A DNA stretch of 32,000 nucleotides from the NCBI GenBank assembly GCA_963662715.1, contig OY759724.1, forward strand, positions 330,001-362,000. The letters run 5' to 3'. Made by a program: the position numbers and the translations under genes. Origin of the DNA: Candidatus Omnitrophota bacterium. GTDB taxonomy: Bacteria; Omnitrophota; Gorgyraeia; Zapsychrales; JANLHA01. The notes under the pieces were generated by a model. It saw only the letters and a list, made by a program, of their open reading frames with translations, did not search any database and was not told the DNA's origin. Below, piece by piece: positions 23,371 to 32,000 of the stretch; position 1 is the stretch's first letter, and each line of letters begins with the position of its first letter.

Positions 23371-23841
23371 TTACTGTGATTCCGGAGAAATATCCGTAAT
23401 GTGAAATTCCGCTGTAAGCCCTTCCTCTAACTGATTTTGAGACGACTGTCCGGCATTAACCTCCAAAACATACAGGGCTTTTTGCGCAGGCGGGTAAACA
23501 GGACAGGGCGACGACTGGCACGGGGGGACGTTTTCTTCAATATGAACAATCCTCCGGTTATGATCCAGCCAGATGATATCTAGAGGAATATACGTATCTT
23601 TCATCCAGAAAGCATAGGCTCTTCGTTCCGGAAAAATAAAAAGCATCCCTTTCCCCGGCTCCAGGCTGGTGCGGAATTGCAGGCCTTGCGTCCTTTGTTC
23701 CTGAGTTAAAGCTAACTCGACTTCATAACACGTATCTGAGAAGCATACACTGTTGTTTTTGCTGACTTTTTTCTGACAGGAAGCAATAAAAAACAGCAGA
23801 AAAAAGGCCAGGCAGAAAAATCTGATATTTTTAGGCATCAT
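23371..23841 (-). CDS. DUF192 domain lipoprotein
   Basis: The lipobox-like segment LLFFIASCQ is followed by the DUF192 pattern GLQFRTSLEPGKGMLFIF...FWMKDTYIPLDIIWLD...YVLEVNAG. The ATG at 23839-23841 overlaps the TGA of the M48 gene. A GTG at 23842-23844 is an alternative start. Confidence 0.8.
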   Translation of the reverse strand: MMPKNIRFFCLAFFLLFFIASCQKKVSKNNSVCFSDTCYEVELALTQEQRTQGLQFRTSLEPGKGMLFIFPERRAYAFWMKDTYIPLDIIWLDHNRRIVHIEENVPPCQSSPCPVYPPAQKALYVLEVNAGQSSQNQLEEGLTAEFHITDISPESQ

Positions 23842-24626
23842 CACAATTCATTTCCCGTGAGGTTCAAATAATCCTTGAAGCGGAGCGCCCCGGTGATTTC
23901 CTTATGAACAATCCCCACGCGCTCGGAAAGATACGGATGCGTACGGAAATAATTGATCTGCTGGGCAGGTGCCCGGTCCTGTTCTTTTTTGAGGATATCC
24001 AGCATCGTTATCATTTCCTCGGCATCATAGCCTGCCTTCTTCATATATTTCACGGCCAGCCGGTCGGCTTCAAATTCATCACGCCGGGAATAGGCGAAAA
24101 AAACACTCGTATAGACGGCATTAACGCCCACAATGGCATCCGCATCCTGCGAGGCGATGGCCAAAGCCTGCAGAATGGTATACCCGTAAGCGCTCTGCAT
24201 CCGTTTGATGCCGTGGCGGGCCGTAATATGGCCTAACTCATGCGCAATAACCCCGGCCAATTGATCATCATTCTCCACCTTATCCATAAGGCCTTTAAAA
24301 ACATAAATATACCCTCCGGGCAGACTCACGGCATTGATTTTATCCTCATCAATCACGCGGATCGTGTAAACCACGTCTTTCCGGTCGACAACCGGAATTA
24401 AGCTCTCAAGAATTTTCTGAACCCGCGCATTGACATCGATGTCCTCGTTAATTTTATAGTTGCGTTCAATTTGCCGGGCCACAGAATCCCCGATACGCAC
24501 TTCTTTCTCCGTCCCGTAAATCAGCCGTTCCTCGCGCCCGGTCGCTAGATTATATTCCGAGGAACAGCCCCACAGGTTCAACAGGGACATCAGCATGACC
24601 AGCAAACAACCATGTCGCCTACTCAT
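23841..24626 (-). CDS. M48 family zinc metallopeptidase (lipoprotein)
   Basis: It has the HELGHITARH (HExxH) motif, and the MSRRHGCLLVMLMSLLNLWGCSS lipoprotein signal begins at the ATG at 24624-24626. That ATG forms an ATGA overlap with the maf stop. The longer ORF-track start at 24701 would overlap maf. Confidence 0.85.
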   Translation of the reverse strand: MSRRHGCLLVMLMSLLNLWGCSSEYNLATGREERLIYGTEKEVRIGDSVARQIERNYKINEDIDVNARVQKILESLIPVVDRKDVVYTIRVIDEDKINAVSLPGGYIYVFKGLMDKVENDDQLAGVIAHELGHITARHGIKRMQSAYGYTILQALAIASQDADAIVGVNAVYTSVFFAYSRRDEFEADRLAVKYMKKAGYDAEEMITMLDILKKEQDRAPAQQINYFRTHPYLSERVGIVHKEITGALRFKDYLNLTGNEL

Positions 24627-25210
24627 AATACCGTTACTCCGCATTTCTTGAGCATGCCCCGTAACATGGCCAAAGGCAACCCGATGACGTTTGTGTAGCA
24701 TCCTTCAACACGGTTAATAAACAGCGCGCCCCGGCCCTCAATATTATACCCGCCGGCTTTATCCAGAGGAAATATCTTACGATGATACCGCCGGATTTCC
24801 TGATCTGACAACGGCTGCATATAGACTTTGGTTTTTTCATAGCCGACAAATTCCCGGTTCCCGGCAACATCAATGACAGCCACACCCGTGTAGACCCAGT
24901 GCGGATGCCGGCACAAGAATCTCAGGACACTTTCAGCTTCTTTAAGATTTCCGGGTTTGCCGATAAGACCTTTATGCCGTTGGTAAACAACCGTATCCGC
25001 CGCAATGATACAGCCTTTCCGAAACCGGGCGGCCACATCTCTCGCTTTTAAACAGGCGTTGTGTTTAACAAGCCTGCTGCAGGAATTTCTCACCTGATGG
25101 TCCTCCTGCACGGCGCTGGGACACACGGTAAACTTCAGCCCCAGTTGACGGAGAAGGGCTTTACGGCGTTGAGACGCCGAAGCTAGAATAATGGATGGCA
25201 TTGTCGGCAT
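24623..25210 (-). CDS. maf: Maf-like nucleoside triphosphate pyrophosphatase
   Basis: IILASASQRRKALLRQLGL at the N-terminus and GAYNIEG-like GGYNIEGRGALFINRVEGCYTNVIGLPL at the C-terminus. The start is chosen at the ATG at 25208-25210; the ORF-track start at 25228 is a TTG. Confidence 0.85.
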   Translation of the reverse strand: MPTMPSIILASASQRRKALLRQLGLKFTVCPSAVQEDHQVRNSCSRLVKHNACLKARDVAARFRKGCIIAADTVVYQRHKGLIGKPGNLKEAESVLRFLCRHPHWVYTGVAVIDVAGNREFVGYEKTKVYMQPLSDQEIRRYHRKIFPLDKAGGYNIEGRGALFINRVEGCYTNVIGLPLAMLRGMLKKCGVTVL

Positions 25211-25241
25211 GATGAAAAGATAGCCCAAAAGAAAAAAACAA

Positions 25242-25808
25242 TCAGTTCGTCTTTAAAAAATCCTCGGCTGTAAAAATAGACACCAGATCACAGCCTCTGT
25301 CTGCGAGGGCTTCCCGGGCGCCTTCCTGGCGGTCAACGATACATACGGCCTTCACGGCCTTGAACCCTGACCGAGACAATACATCCAAAGACTGTAAAAA
25401 GGCTTTTCCTGTTGTTGCGACATCGTCCACGAGCAGACAACGGGCGCCTTCCGGCAGCAACGGGCCTTCGATCTGCTGTTGTTTGCCATGCGACTTGGGG
25501 ACTTTTCTGATGATAAATGTTTTAAGCGGTTTCTGGTCCTGGAAAGCCAGCACATTAAGGGCCCCGAGCAAAGGATCGGCACCTAAGGTGGGGCCGCCGA
25601 TGGCATCAAAGGTTTCTTCCTGAGCCAAAGCCCAGATCACCCTGGCCGTATAATAGGCTCCGGCCGAAGAAAGCGTCACCCGCCTGGCATCAATGTAGTA
25701 ATCACTTTCCTTCCCGGAAGATAAAATAATCTTTTCCCGGAAGAAAGCCTGGTCTTTAAGAATTTCAAACAGCTTCTCCCGGTCTGTCTTTGTCGTGTTT
25801 ATTGACAC
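25242..25808 (-). CDS. pyrE: Orotate phosphoribosyltransferase
   Basis: 188 aa with SSGKESDYYIDARRV and the PRPP-binding loop CLLVDDVATTGKAF. It has a GTG start at 25806-25808 with AAGGA upstream. Confidence 0.9.
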   Translation of the reverse strand: MSINTTKTDREKLFEILKDQAFFREKIILSSGKESDYYIDARRVTLSSAGAYYTARVIWALAQEETFDAIGGPTLGADPLLGALNVLAFQDQKPLKTFIIRKVPKSHGKQQQIEGPLLPEGARCLLVDDVATTGKAFLQSLDVLSRSGFKAVKAVCIVDRQEGAREALADRGCDLVSIFTAEDFLKTN

Positions 25809-25997
25809 ATTCCTGTCCTTTCCCTAAAAGATTAAGGATTTCCCGGCATCACGGCGAACCGATTTCCGGAACTTCCAAACGGCGCCGTCTGATTTCATTT
25901 TATACCTGACAACTTGAAAAACCGCTTATTCATAAAAACATGCCTTAAATAGCCTGCTCTGTTTTTTGCACGGCATCTGACCACACGATCTTTTTTC

Positions 25998-26198
25998 CTG
26001 CGAGATGAGCGCCCTGTTTTTTCAGGTGCGTCGATCTCAGCCCTTTCTTTGCTTTCTGCGGGATGACCGGGCACTTTTCAGAACTGCACGATCCTAGCTT
26101 TTTCCTGCGAGATAAGCACCCTCTTCTTCAGGTGCGTCAATCGCAGCTTTCTTTCTGCGAGATGAGCGCCCTGTTTTTTTAGGTGCGCTCAATCGCAG
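25998..26198 (+). repeat. Tandem array of four ~43-nt hairpin-forming repeats (non-coding)
   Basis: The units are at 25998-26040, 26056-26097 (degenerate), 26105-26146 and 26155-26198. The consensus is CTGCGAGATGAGCGCCCTG-T(6-7)-CAGGTGCGTC(G/A)ATC(T/G)CAG. The outer stem is CTGCGA/TCGCAG, the inner stem is GC(G/A)CC/GGTGC and the loop is T-rich. Units are separated by T-rich spacers of 7-15 nt. Confidence 0.75.
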
Positions 26199-26274
26199 CA
26201 AATAGTTATTATACGTTGTTTCCCCCCTCTATTCAAGCCGATTCCCCTTTCAAAACACATCACCACACCCATCA

Positions 26275-27057
26275 ATGAGTGAACCTGTCCCCGCGTTTGA
26301 CCGCAAAGCTCCCTTGTGCTACAATCGCCTCATGATCAGGGAGTTTTCTTCGGCCCTGCTTGATTTGATTTTCCCCCCCGTCTGTATTCATTGCCGGTCT
26401 CCCCTTTCACCATCAAGCAGCACATTCCAGTTATGCCCTGTCTGCAGAGCACAGGTTCTGCTGACCCGGCCCCCTTTCTGTCTCCGATGTTCCCGGACCA
26501 TCACCGATATATCTTCCGTATTTTGTCCTGTCTGCCGGAAACAAAAACATGATTTTGATCAGGCTGTCAGCTGTTGCCAATATAATGAAGTCATGAAAAA
26601 TCTGCTCCACTTGTTTAAATATCATCATAAAACCGCGTTAAAACATTTTTTTTGCAGCTGCATATACCTTTTCCTGCAAAGGTATTCCATATCCCTGCAG
26701 ACCTTCGACTGTATTGTTCCCGTGCCTTTACATCCGGCCCGCTTCAGAGAAAGAGGCTATAACCAATCTCTTCTTATCGCTCAAGAGCTTTCCCGGAATC
26801 ACAACATTGTCCTGTCGGCCCACAATCTGCTCCGCACACGTAACACTAAGAGTCAAACAGCGTTAAGTATAAAAGAACGCTGGACAAATATTCAGAGCGC
26901 CTTTACAATAAAATGTCCTTTTACGTATAAAGGCAAAAATGTGCTGATTATAGACGACCTGTTAACAACCGGAGCCACGACATCAGAAATAGCGAAAACT
27001 CTCAAAAATGACGGGGCCAAGAAAGTGGCCGTTCTGACATTAGCCATTGCCTCTTAA
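26275..27057 (+). CDS. comFC: ComF family protein (ComFC/GntX-type phosphoribosyltransferase-like)
   Basis: An N-terminal Cys-rich zinc-finger region (FPPVCIHCRS...CPVCRAQV) is followed by VPVPLHPARFRERGYNQS and a PRT motif, VLIIDDLLTTGATTSE. The start is likely the second ATG (26332, MIREFSS) rather than 26275. Confidence 0.8.
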   Translation: MSEPVPAFDRKAPLCYNRLMIREFSSALLDLIFPPVCIHCRSPLSPSSSTFQLCPVCRAQVLLTRPPFCLRCSRTITDISSVFCPVCRKQKHDFDQAVSCCQYNEVMKNLLHLFKYHHKTALKHFFCSCIYLFLQRYSISLQTFDCIVPVPLHPARFRERGYNQSLLIAQELSRNHNIVLSAHNLLRTRNTKSQTALSIKERWTNIQSAFTIKCPFTYKGKNVLIIDDLLTTGATTSEIAKTLKNDGAKKVAVLTLAIAS

Positions 27058-27193
27058 GTGTTCTCCTGTTTCCTTTAATATATATTTTAACAAAAGGCCT
27101 GAAGGCAATTACAGCACTCTCAAGGAACATTGAACCGTATCCTAGAAAAGGCCAACTACCTCAATATTTATTTAGCCAAGCTGGCCACCTCTC

Positions 27194-28285
27194 ATGAGAA
27201 TATTAAGAAATTATGTCCTTAACGAATGCGTTGTCCCTTTTTTCCTGGCCCTGGGTGTGCTCACCTGCGTTTTTCTGCTGGGTAATCTCATTCAACTCAC
27301 TCATCTGGTGATCAACAAAGGGGTAAGTCTTTTAACGGTCAGCCGCGTGTTCCTGCTGTATATCCCTGTTTTGTTAGGGTACACTCTTCCTATCGCCTGT
27401 CTGGTGGCTGTCATTCTGGGCTTCAGCCGCTTGTCCTCCGACAATGAAATTCTGGCGATGAGGGCCAGCGGGATAATTCTCAGACGGTTATTCATCCCGC
27501 TTTTCGTTGTCGGGGTGGTCCTTTCCCTCGTTATGTTTATTCTGAATGACCGCCTCATCCCTTATGCCCACCATGAACAGCGGAAATTATTAAAAGACCT
27601 CGGGGCCAAAAATCCCACCGCCCTGCTCGAGCCGGGGGTGTTTATCCACGCTTTTGAAGGCCAGATTCTTTTCATTCATAAAATTGAAGACAACCGCCTT
27701 CACAATATAACCATTTATCAGCCGCAGCCGGACGGCAAACCGACCCGTACGATCATCGCCAGCCGGGGAGAATTCTCCCGCGTTCCGGGGAAAAAGCAGA
27801 TTATCCTCAAGCTGGTCAACGGGACGTCAGACGAACCTGACATGAAAAATCCCAACAACTTCTATAAGCTTAATTTCAACACGCTTTTTGTTACTTTGGA
27901 CATGGACCAGTCCGACCAGAAACTTGACAAAAAGGCCAAAAGCATGTCTTTGAAGGAACTGAAAGAGGAAGCGTACCGTTTGGAGAAATTGCTCGTTGAC
28001 ACATCACGCCTGAAAACAGAGTATTACGCTAAAATCACCTGGTCATTCGCTCCGCTCGTGTTCGTGACCCTGGGCTTTCCCCTGGCCGTTATAACGAATA
28101 AACGGGAAAAGTCCGCCAATGTTATTATTGCAATCCTGGCCGCCGCTGTTTATTACCTCATGACCTTAGGATGCGAGGCCTTAAGCATCGAGAATATTGT
28201 ACCGCCCGGAATTATTATGTGGGTGCCGAACATTATCGGAGGAGCCGTTACGCTTGTCTTAAATTACCGGTTAGGAAAACTTTAA
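27194..28285 (+). CDS. lptF: LPS export ABC permease, LptF/LptG (YjgP/YjgQ) family
   Basis: 363 aa. It starts MRILRNYVLNECVVPFFLALGVLTCVFLL. It has three N-terminal TM segments, a central soluble domain and C-terminal TM segments. It is the first gene of a tandem pair. Confidence 0.75.
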   Translation: MRILRNYVLNECVVPFFLALGVLTCVFLLGNLIQLTHLVINKGVSLLTVSRVFLLYIPVLLGYTLPIACLVAVILGFSRLSSDNEILAMRASGIILRRLFIPLFVVGVVLSLVMFILNDRLIPYAHHEQRKLLKDLGAKNPTALLEPGVFIHAFEGQILFIHKIEDNRLHNITIYQPQPDGKPTRTIIASRGEFSRVPGKKQIILKLVNGTSDEPDMKNPNNFYKLNFNTLFVTLDMDQSDQKLDKKAKSMSLKELKEEAYRLEKLLVDTSRLKTEYYAKITWSFAPLVFVTLGFPLAVITNKREKSANVIIAILAAAVYYLMTLGCEALSIENIVPPGIIMWVPNIIGGAVTLVLNYRLGKL

Positions 28286-28306
28286 TATTCATTTTATTAT
28301 TCCATT

Positions 28307-29422
28307 ATGCGCATTATCGACCGCTATATTATCAAATCTGTCATCTTTGTCTTCATCGTCACGTTTTTTACTTTCGGCCTGCTTTTTGTCCTGATCGACT
28401 CTGCCAGCAACCTCGATGAATTCATCGAACAGCAGGTGCCGATTCAAATACTGTTCCAGTATTATCTGGCGTACCTTCCCGTGGTGCTCGTTCAAACAAC
28501 ACCCATGGCTTTATTAATTTCCGTTCTTTTGACGTACTCCGCGCTGAACAGCCATAATGAAATCGTCGTCCTGAGAACGAGCGGAATGAACTTTTGGCAG
28601 ATCACAAAGCCTGTTCTGGCCTTTGTGCTCGTGATGGCGGCCGTTGTTTTCTTTATTAATGAACGCTATATCCCGCAGTCGGAAGAAAAAACGAAAAAAA
28701 TCAAAAATGACAACCTCATCCTGGAAGTGGACCGGAAGAAGAAAAACTTTTCCAAGATTAAAAATCTGACATTTTACGGCTTAAAAAACCGTCTCTACTT
28801 TATCGATACGTTTGATCCCGATCCGGACTCGTCGTATGAACTGGAAGGACTGACAATCATCGAGTATGACCAGGACCAGAACATCGAAGAGAAAATCGTC
28901 GCTTTAAAAGGCTCCTGGACGGGGATAGCCTGGAAATGTTATCAGTGTCATATCACGCATTTTCCTAAAGATCCGCAAAGCACAATAAAAGTCAAAGTCT
29001 ATGAAGACAAGCTGCTTGATATCAAAGAAACCCCGGAAGATTTTCTTAATCAACGGCTGACGATCAACGCCATGAACATTAAACAACTGACCGATTACGT
29101 GACGCGTTTTACAAACAGCGGGGCCAAGAGGGCTCTGAACAACTTAAAAGTGGACCTGTATCAGAAATATTCCTTCCCGCTGACAAACGTTATCATCATC
29201 CTCGTCGGTCTGCCCTTTGCCCTTACGACAGGACGGCGGAAAGCCCAGACATTCACTTCTCTGGGGATTGCGATCGCTATAGGCTTTCTTTATTATGTGA
29301 CAAACGCGGTCGGGCTGGCGCTGGGGAAGGGCGGATTGTTCCCGCCGATTGTGTCGGCCTGGCTGGCTCCCGTCCTCTTTACGGGGATCGCCTTTTATCT
29401 CATCAAGTACAAATTCCGTTGA
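28307..29422 (+). CDS. lptG: LPS export ABC permease, LptF/LptG (YjgP/YjgQ) family
   Basis: 371 aa. It starts MRIIDRYIIKSVIFVFIVTFFTFGLLFVLID and has the same architecture as its neighbour. It begins 21 nt after the preceding gene. Confidence 0.75.
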   Translation: MRIIDRYIIKSVIFVFIVTFFTFGLLFVLIDSASNLDEFIEQQVPIQILFQYYLAYLPVVLVQTTPMALLISVLLTYSALNSHNEIVVLRTSGMNFWQITKPVLAFVLVMAAVVFFINERYIPQSEEKTKKIKNDNLILEVDRKKKNFSKIKNLTFYGLKNRLYFIDTFDPDPDSSYELEGLTIIEYDQDQNIEEKIVALKGSWTGIAWKCYQCHITHFPKDPQSTIKVKVYEDKLLDIKETPEDFLNQRLTINAMNIKQLTDYVTRFTNSGAKRALNNLKVDLYQKYSFPLTNVIIILVGLPFALTTGRRKAQTFTSLGIAIAIGFLYYVTNAVGLALGKGGLFPPIVSAWLAPVLFTGIAFYLIKYKFR

Positions 29423-29452
29423 CCTCTTCAACTCTTTTTAAGACAGCAAGGC

Positions 29453-30634
29453 TCAGTTCTTATAAACCCGGGGGAGCCGGTTGCCCAAACTGCAGACAAT
29501 TTCATAATTGATCGTTCCGGCATGTTCCGCCAGCTCATCAGCCGAAATCATTTCTCTTTTATCTTTCCCTAAAATGACAACTTCCTGACCGACCTTGGCG
29601 GAAGGCACCCGGGAGATATCGACGACAATCTGGTCCATCGTAACGCGTCCCAGGATGGGGCATCTCCGGCCGTTCAGCAGGACCGAAGATTTATTGGACA
29701 AACTCCTTAGATATCCGTCGCTGTAACCGATCGGCAGCGTGGCGGCCAGCAGATCTTTCGGGGCAACAAAGGTGTGGCCGTAACTGATCCCCTGCCCCTT
29801 CATGATCTTCTTAAGGAAAATAATCCGGGCTTTCACGCTCATCGCCGGCTGCAGTCTGACTTTGTCCGCCAGGCGTTTATCCGAATACAGCCCGTACAAC
29901 ATAATGCCCGGTCGGACGAGATTAAAAATAACCGTCTGATAGTCGATCAGCCCCGCGCTGTTGGCGGCATGGACGTACGGGACAACCAGCCCCTGCTGAT
30001 CCAGCTTTTTGACAAGATCATATATCTGCTTGACCTGCAAAGTCGTATAATCAGCATTGCAGTCCGCCAAAGGGAAATGCGTATAAAGCCCCTTGACGGA
30101 TACGTGGGACAACTTCATCACGTCCTTAATAAAACTTTCCGCGCCCCTGTGCCAGACCCCCAAACGCCCCATCCCCGTATCGACGGGGATATGGATATCC
30201 GCCTTCCGCCCGATGCGCTTTGCATAGGTATTCAAAGACGTCGCCAGGGAAAGCGTACAGACCGTGGGGGTCAAATTGTAATCCACAATATCCTTGACTT
30301 GCGACGGCAGAGACGTTTCCAACAAAAGGATCTTTTTCTTAATGCCGTTTTTCCGCAGACAGATGCCCTCCGCGACATCCGAAACCCCGAAAAATTCCAC
30401 TTTAAGACGATTAAGAGTATTCGCCACCTTAATCATCCCGTGACCGTAAGCATCCGCTTTGATGACGGTCAAAACTTCCGGGAAGCGTATTTTCTTTCTT
30501 CCCTTTCGCGGATACGGAAGAAGCTCCACCTGCCGGGCCTGCACCATCTTGCTGATCTGCTGAAAATTATAACGGATCGCTTTTAAATCTACTTCCACCC
30601 AGGACAAATAATTATGTGCTTTTCGGGGACTCAC
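29453..30634 (-). CDS. alr: Alanine racemase
   Basis: It has the PLP-lysine motif VIKADAYGHG and the C-terminal pattern GRVTMDQIVVD...YEIVCSLGNRLPRVY. A GTG start at 30632-30634 lies 3 nt after the tsaB stop. Confidence 0.9.
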   Translation of the reverse strand: MSPRKAHNYLSWVEVDLKAIRYNFQQISKMVQARQVELLPYPRKGRKKIRFPEVLTVIKADAYGHGMIKVANTLNRLKVEFFGVSDVAEGICLRKNGIKKKILLLETSLPSQVKDIVDYNLTPTVCTLSLATSLNTYAKRIGRKADIHIPVDTGMGRLGVWHRGAESFIKDVMKLSHVSVKGLYTHFPLADCNADYTTLQVKQIYDLVKKLDQQGLVVPYVHAANSAGLIDYQTVIFNLVRPGIMLYGLYSDKRLADKVRLQPAMSVKARIIFLKKIMKGQGISYGHTFVAPKDLLAATLPIGYSDGYLRSLSNKSSVLLNGRRCPILGRVTMDQIVVDISRVPSAKVGQEVVILGKDKREMISADELAEHAGTINYEIVCSLGNRLPRVYKN

Positions 30635-30637
30635 TGG

Positions 30638-31357
30638 TCACCTCCTCACTTGACAGTTCTCCGGATATAGATATAAAGGGACCAGCGCATTCAGGTTATC
30701 TCCTGGTCCCTGTTTTAACCGTTCCAGCGCCAAAGGCAGCATTTTCTCCGCACGGGGAGCCCAGAAACGTTCTTCAGCAAAATGGCATGCATAAGCATGT
30801 CGGGAGGAATCTTTGTTTCTCTTAAATTCTTTAATAGGATTTGCGTATAATTTTAAGCCGTCTCCGGTAAAAAGCGTTTCTCCTTTAAGACGAGATAAAA
30901 AATCGTCAATGGCCGTCAACCTGTAAGGAGACTGCCTTTTCATGCCGTCCGGGGTGATTTTATAAAGACAGGCATAAACAAGACCCCGCCGGGCGTCCAC
31001 AACTGTCGCGATATAAGGACATTGAGCGGCCTCCGCAACATTCATGGCGATGACATCCAGGCTCGGGATCCCGATGACCGGTTTCCCGGTGGCAAAGCCG
31101 AAAGCTTTTATGGTCGCTAACCCGACCCTGAGGCTCGTGAAAGACCCCGGGCCTAAACCGACTCCGAACCCGTCGATATCCTCAAAACGGACATCCGCCA
31201 GCCGGAGGATACGCTTCATACAAGGGATAATGGACGAAGAAAGGATTTTGTCAAGCTGCACATTGCGATAGCGGATAATGCGTCCCGCACGGCTCACCGC
31301 CACGCTGAAAACTTTTGTCGACGTATCAATAAGCAATAAGTATTGAGATGTCATCAT
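30638..31357 (-). CDS. tsaB: tRNA t6A37 biosynthesis protein TsaB (YeaZ)
   Basis: LLLIDTSTKVFSVAV and GVGLGPGSFTSLRVGLATIKAFGFATGKPVIGIPSLDV. The ATG at 31355-31357 lies just after the tsaE TGA. An upstream GTG at 31361-31363 is an alternative start. Confidence 0.85.
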   Translation of the reverse strand: MMTSQYLLLIDTSTKVFSVAVSRAGRIIRYRNVQLDKILSSSIIPCMKRILRLADVRFEDIDGFGVGLGPGSFTSLRVGLATIKAFGFATGKPVIGIPSLDVIAMNVAEAAQCPYIATVVDARRGLVYACLYKITPDGMKRQSPYRLTAIDDFLSRLKGETLFTGDGLKLYANPIKEFKRNKDSSRHAYACHFAEERFWAPRAEKMLPLALERLKQGPGDNLNALVPLYLYPENCQVRR

Positions 31358-31359
31358 GC

Positions 31360-31875
31360 TCACACCGGCCTCTGCCCGTTCGGACCGGGAACAGGCTTTC
31401 TCTTTTTACAAGAATTAAGGGCTTCCAGCACCCGGATATACGGGTCTTGTCCGGCCGAAAGGACAATACGCCTTCGGTCCTTCCCCTGCACCTGAAAATC
31501 CAGACGCAGGAATTCCTGAGGCAAAAGAACGCCAAAGCGTTCGGACCATTCCACGACAGAAATGCCGGTCCCGTAAAGAAAATCATCATAGCCTATGGCC
31601 GCGATATCCTCAGGATGTTCCAGACGATAAAAATCAAAATGATACAAAGTCCGCTTCCCCTCATAAATATTCAGCAAAACAAACGTGGGACTATGCACCT
31701 GCCGGGGATCAAGCCCCATGCCCCGGGCCAGCCCTTTCACAAAAGTTGTCTTGCCGCTGCCCAAATCCCCGAATAAACAGACAATGTTCCCGGGCTTTAA
31801 TCTCGCAGCAAGTCTTTGCCCCAACTCTTGCGTCTCTTCCGGTGAGTAGGTCAACATGGTTACGGTTGTCTTCAT
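31360..31875 (-). CDS. tsaE: tRNA t6A37 biosynthesis ATPase TsaE (YjeE)
   Basis: It has the Walker A motif LFGDLGSGKTTFVKGLARG, then SPTFVLLNIY and LYHFDFYRL. Confidence 0.85.
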   Translation of the reverse strand: MKTTVTMLTYSPEETQELGQRLAARLKPGNIVCLFGDLGSGKTTFVKGLARGMGLDPRQVHSPTFVLLNIYEGKRTLYHFDFYRLEHPEDIAAIGYDDFLYGTGISVVEWSERFGVLLPQEFLRLDFQVQGKDRRRIVLSAGQDPYIRVLEALNSCKKRKPVPGPNGQRPV

Positions 31876-32000
31876 GGCGTTAAAATCAGCTTCCGTTTGA
31901 TACGCGCCCGGGCGTCCTTAAATATCTTTATCATCCTTCACCGGGACATTTTCGCGCATTCAGCCCGTTTCTGTCAAAAGTGCCGGAACCCGCCCGGCTT

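Noticed and set aside
25998-26198. Possible CRISPR array
   Set aside because: The spacers between repeat units are only 7-15 nt and T-rich. The repeats are imperfect hairpins, there are only four units, and no cas genes are in the window.
29774-30586. 270-aa plus-strand ORF opposite alanine racemase
   Set aside because: It is entirely antisense to a confidently identified alr gene. It has an Arg/Pro/Gln-rich shadow composition and no recognisable motifs.
31348-31776. 142-aa plus-strand ORF overlapping tsaE
   Set aside because: It lies antisense to tsaE, which has Walker A and the family motifs. It has no motifs of its own.

Overview
This is a bacterial chromosomal window. It has Gram-negative-type envelope genes (lptF/lptG), and its composition plus one 2,906-aa mosaic ORF suggest an uncultivated lineage, possibly Omnitrophota-like (inference only). 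From about 7.9 kb rightward it carries housekeeping genes: ssrA (tmRNA) and smpB, an AEC transporter, tRNA-Leu(CAG), lpdA, an MBOAT/DltD-like pair, DUF192, an M48 peptidase, maf, pyrE, comFC, lptF/lptG, alr, tsaB and tsaE. An 8.7-kb giant gene (14425-23145) interrupts this set. It fuses a signal anchor, a NadD-like nucleotidyltransferase, two receiver domains, ASKHA sugar-kinase-like segments and unknown modules, all punctuated by a recurring SSP[ILV] motif. The left 7.9 kb abuts the 3' end of the tmRNA gene, is visibly more A+T-rich, and looks like a decayed integrated island. It holds a stop-interrupted Xis/HTH gene and no integrase within the window. Its cargo is a same-strand cluster of a SIR2-TPR fusion, a palm-domain cyclase-like protein and a second stand-alone SIR2 protein. 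I cannot match this cluster to the described SIR2 or cyclic-nucleotide defence architectures, so it is my top candidate for an undescribed system. A tandem array of four hairpin repeats lies in the pyrE/comFC divergent intergenic region. All functional calls rest on motif recognition by eye; no database search was run.
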